From a virus, in the IMG/VR virus record IMGVR_UViG_3300045988_153285, positions 1 through 64,000 of that record: a DNA stretch of 64,000 nt; one strand, written 5' to 3'. The position numbers and the translations under genes are program-made. Of this stretch, positions 30,733-40,104 are shown in pieces. Every line of letters begins with the position of its first letter. Within the stretch, counting starts at the first letter, position 1. Under the pieces are notes generated by a model that saw only the letters and a list, made by a program, of their open reading frames with translations, was not told the origin of the DNA and searched no databases.

Positions 30733-31029
30733 GTGGTTGAGTTGGGTGGAAATTTCACAGAAAATGATTATAAAATAATGAAAGCTATCTTAGATAAAAA
30801 CGATAAGCAAAAAGGATTACGTAGAAATAAAGCTACTACAATAGAGGAGATACAGGGAAAAACAAATTTATCATCTACAAAAATAAGAAACACTTTAAAT
30901 TCATTTATCCAACATGGTTTTGTGTGTGAAGGAATTAAGCAAGGGAGAACAAAAACATATATGATGACTGAAGAAGGTTTAATAGAATTAAATAGTTTAA
31001 GAATGAATATATTCGGAAAGGTGGAGTAA
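30733..31029 (+). CDS. tubR: TubR-like winged-helix centromere-binding protein
   Basis: 98 aa, immediately upstream of tubZ. HTH-like segment reads TTIEEIQGKTNLSSTKIRNTLNSF. Confidence 0.6.
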   Translation: MVELGGNFTENDYKIMKAILDKNDKQKGLRRNKATTIEEIQGKTNLSSTKIRNTLNSFIQHGFVCEGIKQGRTKTYMMTEEGLIELNSLRMNIFGKVE

Positions 31030-31032
31030 TAA

Positions 31033-32094
31033 ATGAAAAAATCAAGCGTACTAGCTATAGGTTGTGGAGGAGCAGGTAATAGACTTCTTAATGAATTTTT
31101 AGAGTTAGATAGAAGATATACGGGTATTTTTATGAATACTAATATGGCGGAAATGGAAGATTTGAAACATTTTGATAGAGAAAGAAGATGTTTTTATATA
31201 CCAAATGCAGATGGTACAGGTAAGGATAGAAAATTAGCAGAACAATATATAAAAGATGAAGCTGCTAAGTTTGTTGAGATGATTAAAAAATTTACTAATC
31301 AAAATCATATAATATTCTTAACAAGTGCAAATGGGGGTACTGGATCAAAAGCTTCTGTTATGCTTCCAAGATTGATAAAAGCAGCTTGTCCTGATAAAAC
31401 AATATCTTTAATAGCAACTTATCCAAATATAGATGAATCTGATATAGATTTTGAAAATAGTTTAGATTTCTGGGAAGAAGTTAAAACTTGTAGAAAAAGA
31501 AAATTCATAGACAACGTTAGATTTATAGATAATAATAAACCATATAGTGAAGATGAAATAAATAAGCTTGCTATGAAAGAGTTAGATGATAGTTTTAACA
31601 TAATGGAAGGAAAATTAGATAGTTCTGATGTTACTAGATATCATGTAAGCAATGGTTATAATGTAGTTCTTAGATTAGATTCTGATGTATCTTCAATTAA
31701 AAGAGTTATTGATATGGCATTATCTAAAAGTGTGTACTATATTCCTGAAAATTTAGAATGTGATGTTTTAATAGGGAATATAAATAGTAAATCACATTCT
31801 TTGGCTGACATTAGAGAGAAAATTGAATGCTATGACTTCTCTAAATTCAACACAAAAACAGAAGGAGATTCTTTATTACTTATAGGTGGATGTATAATGC
31901 CTACTGAAGCAATAGAGTTAGTTCAAGAGAGCTTAGAAGATTTAAAAAATAGAAGAAATAGAAGACAACGTGAAGAAGACATTGTAATCAAAAGAAATAA
32001 AAAGGAAACTGTGAAAAAAGAGAAAGAAACTTCATCAAGAGTAACTTCTGAAGACCTAGATGCTATGTACGAAGATGATTCTTTCTGGGATTAA
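31033..32094 (+). CDS. tubZ: TubZ tubulin/FtsZ-like GTPase (plasmid/phage partition motor)
   Basis: T1 loop reads AIGCGGAGNR and the tubulin signature reads SANGGTGSKAS. The C-terminal tail is charged. Confidence 0.8.
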   Translation: MKKSSVLAIGCGGAGNRLLNEFLELDRRYTGIFMNTNMAEMEDLKHFDRERRCFYIPNADGTGKDRKLAEQYIKDEAAKFVEMIKKFTNQNHIIFLTSANGGTGSKASVMLPRLIKAACPDKTISLIATYPNIDESDIDFENSLDFWEEVKTCRKRKFIDNVRFIDNNKPYSEDEINKLAMKELDDSFNIMEGKLDSSDVTRYHVSNGYNVVLRLDSDVSSIKRVIDMALSKSVYYIPENLECDVLIGNINSKSHSLADIREKIECYDFSKFNTKTEGDSLLLIGGCIMPTEAIELVQESLEDLKNRRNRRQREEDIVIKRNKKETVKKEKETSSRVTSEDLDAMYEDDSFWD

Positions 32095-32101
32095 TTTAAT
32101 T

Positions 32102-32130
32102 AGACGGGTATATCCCGTCTTTTATATTTT
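32102..32130 (+). terminator. intrinsic terminator after tubZ
   Basis: AGACGGG-TATAT-CCCGTCT followed by TTTTATATTTT. Confidence 0.7.
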
Positions 32131-32245
32131 CATAAACATTTTTTGTAAATAATAGTAAACATTTCTGATTATTCTTCATATACTATCATATAAGCATTGA
32201 TAAACAATGTGCATCATTGATTAAGTTGTAAAAAGGAGAAAGTAT

Positions 32246-32413
32246 ATGCCAAAAAGATTAATAATCCCAATTGAATTTAGTGCTAATAAGGAGGATGAAA
32301 TATCTATGTATCTAAAATTAAAATCATTTACCAATCCAGCTTCAATAATAAAAGACATATTGAAGGGTAATTTAAGCCCATCTATACTATCTGAAGACAA
32401 AAAACAACCATAA
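32246..32413 (+). CDS. small hypothetical protein (55 aa, below ORF-track cutoff)
   Basis: RBS AAAGGAG sits 7 nt before the ATG. Hand translation gives MPKRLIIPIEFSANKEDEISMYLKLKSF... Confidence 0.45.
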   Translation: MPKRLIIPIEFSANKEDEISMYLKLKSFTNPASIIKDILKGNLSPSILSEDKKQP

Positions 32414-32642
32414 TCTAAAAATACGTAGACTATGGCTAAATAACTACTTTCAAAACTTGTTTTTACAAGTAGTTTATGCAAAACAACTTTAAAAGATGAC
32501 TATTTATCTAAATTTCTATAAAATTACTACAGCACAAGCTACAGCAAAACAAGCTAAATATCCTAATGCAAACCCAGTTATCATAAAAGCACCTCCGATA
32601 AATTTATACTTTATAGTATTAACAAATTTTTAAATATTATAC

Positions 32643-33068
32643 ATGGAGGATCAAATGGAAATTGGAATCACTTTAAATAATAAATTAATTTATAATAAAA
32701 ATTTTTCAAAAAAAGATGAATTAAAAGCCAAAGAAGAACTTGCTAGATATATTTTAAAGGACAAAAGGTTAACTAAATGTGCCGTATTTTTAATAGCTGG
32801 TTTAAATTATACTACCGATGCAATGGCTGATATTAATCAAACTATGTCTAAAGTAGATGCTGCAGGCTTTATGTTTTTAGGAATTATACAACGGATAGGC
32901 TTTTGGATTTGTCTTTTAGGATGTTTATTAGAAATCCTATTAGCAGTATTCAAAGAAGGTCGTGGTAAAAATGCTATATTGCCAATAGTATTGAAATGGT
33001 TGGGAATATTTGCTACATTCTATTTTTTACCAGCATGTTTTGAATTAATAAGAGATTTATTTGCATAG
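32643..33068 (+). CDS. polytopic membrane protein (VirB2/TrbC-pilin-like topology)
   Basis: 141 aa with hydrophobic helices in the C-half. Alternative start at 32655. Confidence 0.4.
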   Translation: MEDQMEIGITLNNKLIYNKNFSKKDELKAKEELARYILKDKRLTKCAVFLIAGLNYTTDAMADINQTMSKVDAAGFMFLGIIQRIGFWICLLGCLLEILLAVFKEGRGKNAILPIVLKWLGIFATFYFLPACFELIRDLFA

Positions 33069-33080
33069 GAGGGAATTTCT

Positions 33081-33311
33081 ATGATTGAAGATGTTACAGA
33101 TAGCATTGGACTAGGATTTAAACATATGATAACTGATTTTTTTAAATGGATATTTGGTGGAGTATTAGCTAATTCTTTTTGGATATGCTTGATTATTTCA
33201 ATGATCTGCTTAATATTGTATATCTCTGGATTGAAAAAGGCGGGTAAGTATTGCACAGTTTCATTTGTGATTTATATAGTTATAGAAGCTTTAGGAAGTG
33301 CTTTTTTATGA
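33081..33311 (+). CDS. small two-TM protein (VirB3/PrgI/ConC-like position)
   Basis: 76 aa. Its stop overlaps the ATG of the following ATPase (ATGA). Confidence 0.4.
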   Translation: MIEDVTDSIGLGFKHMITDFFKWIFGGVLANSFWICLIISMICLILYISGLKKAGKYCTVSFVIYIVIEALGSAFL

Positions 33312-35626
33312 AGAGTATTAAACTAAGTAAGTATTTTGAATTGGTAAAGCCAGAATATGAATATATTCAAGTTATTCCTCACAAAAGCATAAGAAACTAT
33401 AATAGTGGGAATATAGCTAAAGCTATAGCTCATACATTCAAAAGGGCTGATAAGTTAATTAAAATAGAACAGAAAAAACTATTTTTTAGGACAAACTTTA
33501 AAATATCCTATGTAATAGATGTAAACAAGGATAATGCTAACTTTTATTTTATAGTACCTAAACCTTTTACAAATTTAATAGTTGAAAAAATATATGAAAT
33601 ATGGAGTAAAGCTACTGTAAAGATACTAGATAGCGGAATACAAGGATTTTCACCTAATGCTGAATACTTTGAACTGAGCTATAAAAAAGAAGATGCTCTA
33701 AGTCTAAATACTGATTTTAGAAGTAATGAACCTTTAAATTCTCTGCTAAATGTTATGGATATTATGAAAGATGATGACAGAGTAACTATTATATATAACT
33801 TTGTATCTAATCCTCAATTCAATTGGATAGATAGATACAACAACACTATGGATAAAATAAAAGCAAAGAAATCTATAGATAAAAATATATTTAACTTTAA
33901 CGCAATTATGAGAAATGGGCTTATTTACATGCTAGATACAATAAATGCAATCATAGGAGTTATAAATGATTTTACTGGTGGGAATCATGAAAGCTCTAAC
34001 GAAAGTATATATAATGCAGTTTTGGGCATTTTAGAAAAGCAAGATAAATTAAGTATTGCCACAAAAAAGAAAAAGGATTCTACTGTAATAAATACTCAAA
34101 TAGGGGTTATAAGTGATAGTGTAGATTATACTAGGAAGAGTAACAACATCAATGTTATCACTCAATCATTTAGAGCAATTGATGGTGATAATGAATTAAT
34201 TGCTGATAAGGTTAAGAAACCTTTTTATTTAGAACAAACTAATTTTAACACTAAACTTAGTACAATTTCTACCGATGAAGGAGCTAACTTTATACAAATA
34301 CCAGCAAGAACGTTACTAACACAACACAAAATAAATCACATATCAATAGAGGAAACGAGAGTCCCCGAAAGATTAAAAGAGGGTTATATATGTTTAGGTA
34401 AAAATAAAAATAAGGGCACAATATGTTCAGTTTATTTGGAAGATGATTATGATATAGGATCTTTACCTTTGATGTTATTAGGTCGGCAAGGTGGAGGAAA
34501 GTCTACTTATTTAGCTAACTACTGTAAATATGCAATGAGCAGAAATGAAAGCATATTTGTATTAGACTATATTAAAAATTGCGAAATGAGTAAAGATATA
34601 GAAAAAGTAGTACCAAAAGATAAATTAGTAATCTTAGATTTCTCAAAAGCTGATAATTTACAAAGTTTTGCCTATAATGAATTAAAATTCAAAGAAGATA
34701 CTTTTGAAAGTAGATATGAAATAGCTAATAAGAAAAGTCAATTAACTTTAGAACTTGTCAATTCCATTAATTTAAATGGTGATCCTTTTAGTCCGAAGAT
34801 GGAGAGATTTCTAATGAGTGCATGTGATATAGTTTTCACTATTAAAGAAAATGCCACATTTAAAGATATTATAAGATGTTTAACAGACTTTAAATATAGA
34901 GAACATATCATTGAGTCAATTCAAGATGATTATAGAAAATATTTTGAAGAAGATATTTCAACATTAGAGGAGTTAGATGAATGGTCAAAACCAACAAAAG
35001 ATAGTCCATCAGAAAAGATAGGGACTAGAGAGAGTAAAATTGAAGGTATTTTAGACAGAATGACCTTATTAAAAAGAGATTTTTACCTAAAAATGATGTT
35101 TAATAAATCTCCTGATAAGAATGTTGACTTTGTTGATCTAATGGAGCAAGGGAAAGTAGTATTGATAAGATTACCACAAAGCAAGTTTAAAAAGTATGTT
35201 AAGAATGTTATTTGCACTTTTTTAATAACTAAATTATGGACAAGTGCAGAAATAAGAGGAGAGATGTATAAGAAGCCAACCCGAAGCCACATTATTATTG
35301 ATGAGCTTAGTCAAATTCATACTGCTGAAATGTATTTAGATAGCTTGATAACAGAAACTAGAAAATATGGTTTCAAATTAGTTTTAACAGGACAAAGATT
35401 ATTCCAATTAAGTAAGGAATTTGTTGAAGATTTAAAAAGTGCTGGTTCTAGTTTTATGTTATTAAAAGGAAGCTTAAAAGAAGATTTCAATTATTTTAAA
35501 GAAGAAATTGGAGAGAATTTCACTTATGAAGATTTAGATAGCATGGAGCAATATAGTAGTTTAAATTTAATTCAATATAGTGAAGGCTTTTCTAGTTTTA
35601 TTACTAAATTACCAAAGCCTGTATAA
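33308..35626 (+). CDS. VirB4/TraG-like P-loop ATPase (AAA_10/DUF87-like)
   Basis: Walker A reads LGRQGGGKST and Walker B reads HIIIDELSQ. TRKYGFKLVLTGQRLFQL resembles the VirB4 motif. 772 aa from the ATG at 33308. Confidence 0.55.
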   Translation: MKSIKLSKYFELVKPEYEYIQVIPHKSIRNYNSGNIAKAIAHTFKRADKLIKIEQKKLFFRTNFKISYVIDVNKDNANFYFIVPKPFTNLIVEKIYEIWSKATVKILDSGIQGFSPNAEYFELSYKKEDALSLNTDFRSNEPLNSLLNVMDIMKDDDRVTIIYNFVSNPQFNWIDRYNNTMDKIKAKKSIDKNIFNFNAIMRNGLIYMLDTINAIIGVINDFTGGNHESSNESIYNAVLGILEKQDKLSIATKKKKDSTVINTQIGVISDSVDYTRKSNNINVITQSFRAIDGDNELIADKVKKPFYLEQTNFNTKLSTISTDEGANFIQIPARTLLTQHKINHISIEETRVPERLKEGYICLGKNKNKGTICSVYLEDDYDIGSLPLMLLGRQGGGKSTYLANYCKYAMSRNESIFVLDYIKNCEMSKDIEKVVPKDKLVILDFSKADNLQSFAYNELKFKEDTFESRYEIANKKSQLTLELVNSINLNGDPFSPKMERFLMSACDIVFTIKENATFKDIIRCLTDFKYREHIIESIQDDYRKYFEEDISTLEELDEWSKPTKDSPSEKIGTRESKIEGILDRMTLLKRDFYLKMMFNKSPDKNVDFVDLMEQGKVVLIRLPQSKFKKYVKNVICTFLITKLWTSAEIRGEMYKKPTRSHIIIDELSQIHTAEMYLDSLITETRKYGFKLVLTGQRLFQLSKEFVEDLKSAGSSFMLLKGSLKEDFNYFKEEIGENFTYEDLDSMEQYSSLNLIQYSEGFSSFITKLPKPV

Positions 35627-35643
35627 TATATTATTTTAAAATA

Positions 35644-35676
35644 AAATCCCCACTACCATAGTGAGGATTTTTTTCT
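35644..35676. terminator. bidirectional hairpin between convergent genes
   Basis: Stem AAATCCCCAC/GTGAGGATTT (one mismatch), flanked by A-run and T-run. Confidence 0.6.
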
Positions 35677-35705
35677 ATTTTATTGACTAATGGAATATTA
35701 TTTAA

Positions 35706-36932
35706 TTATAACTCAATCATATACTTATTCACATCATATTTTCCATAAGGCAATCCCTTTTGGGTATATTTTTTTATGTCATCTACAAATCCCATCTTTA
35801 TTCTGTCATCAATGTATCTAAGTAGAGCTGCTATGTAGTCCATACTTTCTAATCTACAATATTTTATTATGTCATCATAATCTATTCCAAGTTCTCTTAA
35901 TCTACTAACTATTTCTTCATCAGTAGTATATTTATCTAGCCCTCTAGCTTTTTCTCTGCTAGTGGTATTGAATACTAAATTCACACCTTCATTTATAAAG
36001 CTATATTCTTGAATAAATTTAATTGATTTTAATTCTTCTAGAGCTATTTTTAATTGCTTATTAGAATAATATATCTCATCTTTTGTGATACAATCTAGAC
36101 CTATATAGTCACATAAGGTTTGAAATTTAATATATTTTTCATATCCCCTAGACCATTGAGTGAGTATTAGCTGCAGTTTCTTTGCAACACTACTTTTTAA
36201 ACTTTTATAAATATCGTAATCATATATCTTTAAAAAATTATTGCATAGATTTTTATAGAAAAAGTCATCAATTTCAACACTTTGATGTTCTTCTATCTTA
36301 GCAGGATCTAATAATTTCTTATTTGCCATTTTACGTTTTGAAACACTATAAGACTTATAATTCTTTAATATTCTTGAACTTTCACACCCATCAAAATCTA
36401 TTACATATTCTCCTACCTCCTGATCTCTTATTGCTAGAGTAGAGTATATGGTGCATTCATTTAAGCATAATATAGATTTTTCTAACCTTTCTTTTGTGGC
36501 CTTCCCAAATCCGCTCAACCCCATTTCTTTCGCTAATCCTCTATATGTGAAGTTTATTTTCTGTGGCATATTAGTTATGGAATGCTTAGAAGTCAATACC
36601 TCACCATTTTCATCTACGGTTTTAGAAGTCAATACCTCAATCTTATCATCCATATTTTTAGAATGAATTTTAAATAATGCCATCAATACATCTAGTTCAT
36701 ATATTGTTGGACATAGATATTTAGCTCCACCTACAACCTTCAATGCAACTTCTTGACCATCCCTAATCCAAAATCTTTTTATTTCAGGAACTCTCTTTCT
36801 TTTTAAAGATATAAATGGCAACGTCATTAAATTTGATTCATTAAAGCTTTGACTTTTCTTCATATTAATAACTTTTCCACATGATAAATCCTCATTTTTA
36901 CTTGTTTCTACAATGTTTTCCACATTATTCAC
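35706..36932 (-). CDS. plasmid replication initiator (Replication-initiator-protein-A-like)
   Basis: The N-terminus LMTLPFISLKRKR... is typical of RepA/RPA-type initiators. An internal 18-bp direct repeat lies at 36586-36603 and 36622-36639. Iterons lie directly upstream. Confidence 0.6.
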   Translation of the reverse strand: MNNVENIVETSKNEDLSCGKVINMKKSQSFNESNLMTLPFISLKRKRVPEIKRFWIRDGQEVALKVVGGAKYLCPTIYELDVLMALFKIHSKNMDDKIEVLTSKTVDENGEVLTSKHSITNMPQKINFTYRGLAKEMGLSGFGKATKERLEKSILCLNECTIYSTLAIRDQEVGEYVIDFDGCESSRILKNYKSYSVSKRKMANKKLLDPAKIEEHQSVEIDDFFYKNLCNNFLKIYDYDIYKSLKSSVAKKLQLILTQWSRGYEKYIKFQTLCDYIGLDCITKDEIYYSNKQLKIALEELKSIKFIQEYSFINEGVNLVFNTTSREKARGLDKYTTDEEIVSRLRELGIDYDDIIKYCRLESMDYIAALLRYIDDRIKMGFVDDIKKYTQKGLPYGKYDVNKYMIEL

Positions 36933-36957
36933 ACCCCTTTATCAACAGTTAACAATT

Positions 36958-37092
36958 ACTTGTGGTACTCAGTTCAAATGCTAGTGGTATTGACTTCTAA
37001 TCCTTGTGGTATTGAAATCAAAAGACTGTGGTATTCAATGATAATGCTAGTGGTATTGAAATTATCCACAGTGGTATTCACTTCTAAAGAAT
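36958..37092. repeat. six 22-bp iterons (GTGGTATT core), candidate oriV
   Basis: Cores at 36962, 36984, 37006, 37028, 37050 and 37071, spaced 22, 22, 22, 22 and 21 bp. Confidence 0.75.
37062..37070 (+). promoter_or_regulatory. consensus DnaA box TTATCCACA
   Basis: Exact 9-mer between iterons 5 and 6. Confidence 0.55.
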
Positions 37093-37547
37093 CTTCTGTA
37101 TCAATTTATATAACTAATTTCCAGCATCCTTGTTACACGTTTATAGTTACTTAGTATTTTATTACATTTGTATTTAGAGTTTAGTATTAGGTTTAAAGTA
37201 ATAGTAACACAAATACCTCTAGCACTCAATACCTCACCCAATTCATTTCTATAATTTTCAAAAGATCTAATTCTTATTGTATATTTAAGTTGCATACTTA
37301 ATTGCATATATACAGTATACAACTATATTAAATAAAACATGTAAATATAAAGCACTATTTTCTCAATAAGAAATCAGTAGGGAATAGTAGAGAAGTAGTA
37401 ATGATATATAAATTTCTTATATTTCTTATATTAGGACTTGTACAATTGGACATGCTGCAATAATGAAAATCATACCCCTAGCGCAAATCTTTCAGATACG
37501 CCCTACTAAGGGACTTTGCTTATAAGCCTTTATTTGCCTTTCTAAAG

Positions 37548-37650
37548 GATTTTATTTTTAGACGATAAATTATATCTATAATAAATTTAAATTGATTCTA
37601 GGACGTATTATGGCTTTTCTTTTCGAATATCAAAACAACGACTAACGTGT
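37548..37650 (+). repeat. copy b of the dispersed intergenic element
   Basis: See 29439-29545. Confidence 0.7.
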
Positions 37651-38172
37651 ATCGGTAAAATGTTATTAAATTTGTCAAAACTAGCTATTTATCTATATTT
37701 TAATGAGATTTATTAAAGATCATAATTGACGATATTTGATTGCAGGAAGTGTTACTCGATAGAAACCTAGTGTTTATAAGGGTTTTGAGGATATAAATAG
37801 TGCATATTTTAAGATTATTGATGGGTTTTAAGTTTGTGAAATAGGGGATAAGTGGCTTAAAATAAGGGTTTTTACGATAGCATTTACGATAACATTTTGG
37901 ATTTTTAGTCGAAGTTGATATTTAAAAAGTGGTGTAAAAATTGAATAGTTAGCTCACATTCCCCACAACCGATCAATCCAAAAAATGAAAATGTACCCCT
38001 CCAAACCCTTTATTTTAGCGGTAAGTCATTATAATTATATATTATAGGTAGTTAAGACAATGGTAAAATATCATATAATGTAGTAATTAAAACCATATAA
38101 AGAACTAAAATATTATGTTGAATAGCTGTGATTTCTTGGCTTTGGTTCGTTTTAAAGCTTTGAGAAGTAAGC

Positions 38173-38406
38173 AAACACTTATACGTACAACTCAAGTACA
38201 ACTAATCAATACAAACTCAATCTAATCAAATAACAATCCAATCACAACCAATCCAATCTATACATCATACACCACTTAATCATTACTTATCTTATTATCT
38301 ATCAATATCCAATCACACTATATCAATCACACCATACCAACCAATAAAAATACCAATAGAAAAATAAATAATAAGATCATCAACCAACTAACACATATTT
38401 TATAAA
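38173..38406 (+). other. G-depleted C/A-rich tract with CAATCACAC-type repeats
   Basis: I count only 4 G in ~235 nt and none in 38197-38358. TCCAATCACA occurs twice and ATCAATCACAC once, plus CCAATCCAATC. Confidence 0.6.
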
Positions 38407-38469
38407 GGCAGTTGCCGACTGAAACTAAGAAAATAATATAAAAAATATTATAAAAATTAACAAAAAAGT

Positions 38470-38498
38470 TTGACAAATAACTACTTATAATATATAAT
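38470..38498 (+). promoter_or_regulatory. consensus promoter TTGACA-17-TATAAT
   Basis: Read directly from the sequence. Junction motif at 38454-38465. Confidence 0.65.
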
Positions 38499-38538
38499 AA
38501 TAGTATAGTAATTAATAAATCAATTGGAGGAGTTAACA

Positions 38539-38751
38539 ATGACAAATAATCAAATTGAATTAAAAGTGCAAGAATTAACGAACACATATTACAGCTATTC
38601 ACAATTAGAGGACTACTTAATAAATTCTGCTGATGATATAGGGTACAACGATAAAAATATTTATTTATCAAATGGTTGGGAAGAAATAGAAATAAATTTT
38701 AAATACACATTAACCGAAGATTATGACGTTATAATCCATTCTATAAATTAA
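38539..38751 (+). CDS. hypothetical protein
   Basis: RBS GGAGG before the ATG at 38539. The stop lies inside a junction motif. Confidence 0.5.
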   Translation: MTNNQIELKVQELTNTYYSYSQLEDYLINSADDIGYNDKNIYLSNGWEEIEINFKYTLTEDYDVIIHSIN

Positions 38752-38773
38752 CAAAGTAAAAGAGGATAGAACA

Positions 38774-39049
38774 ATGAATAAATTATTATTAACAATAAGA
38801 TCTAAAAGAGATTATCACAATATCAACAAGCTACTAACTAAATACATCAAGACGCAAGACAATAGTATTATAGATAAGATAATGGCTACTGTAATAGCGA
38901 CAACAGCCCAATATAAAGCTTATAGCTTAGAAGGTATAAATTATTTATATAATACGTTAACAGTAGTTACAAATGCACTAAGTAATAAATATAAGGCATT
39001 AGCTACACAATTACAAATACAATTCATGAACTTCATAATAAACTATTAA
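38774..39049 (+). CDS. hypothetical protein
   Basis: 91-aa ORF with an RBS. Confidence 0.5.
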   Translation: MNKLLLTIRSKRDYHNINKLLTKYIKTQDNSIIDKIMATVIATTAQYKAYSLEGINYLYNTLTVVTNALSNKYKALATQLQIQFMNFIINY

Positions 39050-39072
39050 AATAATAAAGCGAGGTAATTAAA

Positions 39073-39444
39073 ATGGAAAGATTAATTAAAATCTTATTAA
39101 CAATATCAATTATATTAGGAGCTTTAATAACTACAGCAGCAATATCAACAATTAACTCAATAGATAGAACTGAAACAGGAATATCAATAAACTTTAATGA
39201 TGGATCTGGGTACTACATAGAAACAGCTAACAAAGAAGAAATACAAACAACTTTTGAAGTGACTAATGTATTATATGAATCAACTAATGATTTCTATTTA
39301 GAACCGAATGAAATTGCATTAATACTAAGCAATAATGATTATACAATAATCAATACAGAAACAAATAGAGGATATTATAATAATAAAAATGATATAGATA
39401 TTTCTACACTAAGTATAAACAATTATGGCATAAATATAGAATAA
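39073..39444 (+). CDS. hypothetical exported/membrane-anchored protein
   Basis: N-terminal hydrophobic helix reads LIKILLTISIILGALITTAAI. Confidence 0.5.
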   Translation: MERLIKILLTISIILGALITTAAISTINSIDRTETGISINFNDGSGYYIETANKEEIQTTFEVTNVLYESTNDFYLEPNEIALILSNNDYTIINTETNRGYYNNKNDIDISTLSINNYGINIE

Positions 39445-39459
39445 ATAACCAATAAATTA

Positions 39460-39487
39460 TTGACTTATTCTGTAAAAGTAGTATAAT
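39460..39487 (+). promoter_or_regulatory. promoter TTGACT-16-TATAAT
   Basis: Here the junction motif (39498-39509) lies downstream of the -10 element, in the leader. Confidence 0.55.
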
Positions 39488-39526
39488 AGAATTATAAAAA
39501 TTAACAAAATAAAGGAGTAAATAATT

Positions 39527-39766
39527 ATGAAAGATTTACAATTATATGAATTATTAAAAGATGCTTACGAATCAACAACTAAAAACTATAATAGATTTAA
39601 AAAGGTAATAGAGTCTACTAAATGGGATAATACATTTACAGCAGACGGCGAACACTATTTCATTAAAGATAATCTCACATTAACAATAGAAAATACAGAT
39701 CCATTTAAGGAAGCCTGGAAACCTACTGTATGGATTGGATCAGATTATTATAGTTTAAGCAATTAG
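39527..39766 (+). CDS. hypothetical protein
   Basis: 79-aa ORF. A terminator-like hairpin lies at 39764-39785. Confidence 0.5.
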   Translation: MKDLQLYELLKDAYESTTKNYNRFKKVIESTKWDNTFTADGEHYFIKDNLTLTIENTDPFKEAWKPTVWIGSDYYSLSN

Positions 39767-39879
39767 GCCTAAAAGGTCTTTTTGTTGTTTATATAGATAT
39801 TCTAATAAAAAGGAGATGATTAAGTTGAATGTGTTATAAAAATTAACAAAATAAATATATAGATAGGAGAAATAAGAGA

Positions 39880-40050
39880 ATGAATAAATTATATGTAATT
39901 AAAACAATAACAATGTACAAGCATCTATGTAACAAGGGTATATATCCAATTGAGATAGAACCGAACATTTACATACCTAAATTTGTTGTATGGAAATACG
40001 AGAATACTCCAGAGCTTCATGCAGCAATGAGGGAATTTAAAAATAATTAA
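39880..40050 (+). CDS. small DUF5659-like protein (56 aa, below cutoff)
   Basis: Hand translation gives MNKLYVIKTITMYKHLCNKGIYPIEIEPN...VVWKYENTPEL. Pattern resembles the 26917-27087 product. Confidence 0.4.
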   Translation: MNKLYVIKTITMYKHLCNKGIYPIEIEPNIYIPKFVVWKYENTPELHAAMREFKNN

Positions 40051-40104
40051 TTAATCAATTAAGCTAAAAGTCAAAACTAAAAACTAAAAGGAGAATTAAA
40101 AAGC

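Noticed and set aside
32221-32481. 86-aa minus-strand ORF downstream of tubZ.
   Set aside because: The plus strand carries an RBS-preceded 55-aa ORF (32246-32413) in the direction of the surrounding operon. The minus ORF has no start context.
36958-37092. Regularly spaced 22-bp repeats considered as a possible CRISPR array.
   Set aside because: The units are contiguous and degenerate with no unique spacers. No cas genes are present, and the repeats sit in the promoter of a rep gene. They are iterons.
36960-37322. ORFs 36960-37154 (+) and 37101-37322 (-) upstream of rep.
   Set aside because: They are generated by the 22-bp iterons and related repeats. Their repetitive translations (VVL..., GEVL...) reflect DNA repeats, not genes.
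37401-37463. 20-aa hydrophobic mini-ORF (MIYKFLIFLILGLVQLDMLQ) considered as a type I toxin candidate.
   Set aside because: It is very short with a weak RBS, and I could not define an antisense RNA partner. I note it only as something to look at if RNA-seq shows convergent small transcripts here.
38327-38671. 114-aa hydrophobic minus-strand ORF.
   Set aside because: It is an artefact of the G-free tract, since no stop codons can form easily. It also overlaps a well-supported plus-strand gene and promoter.
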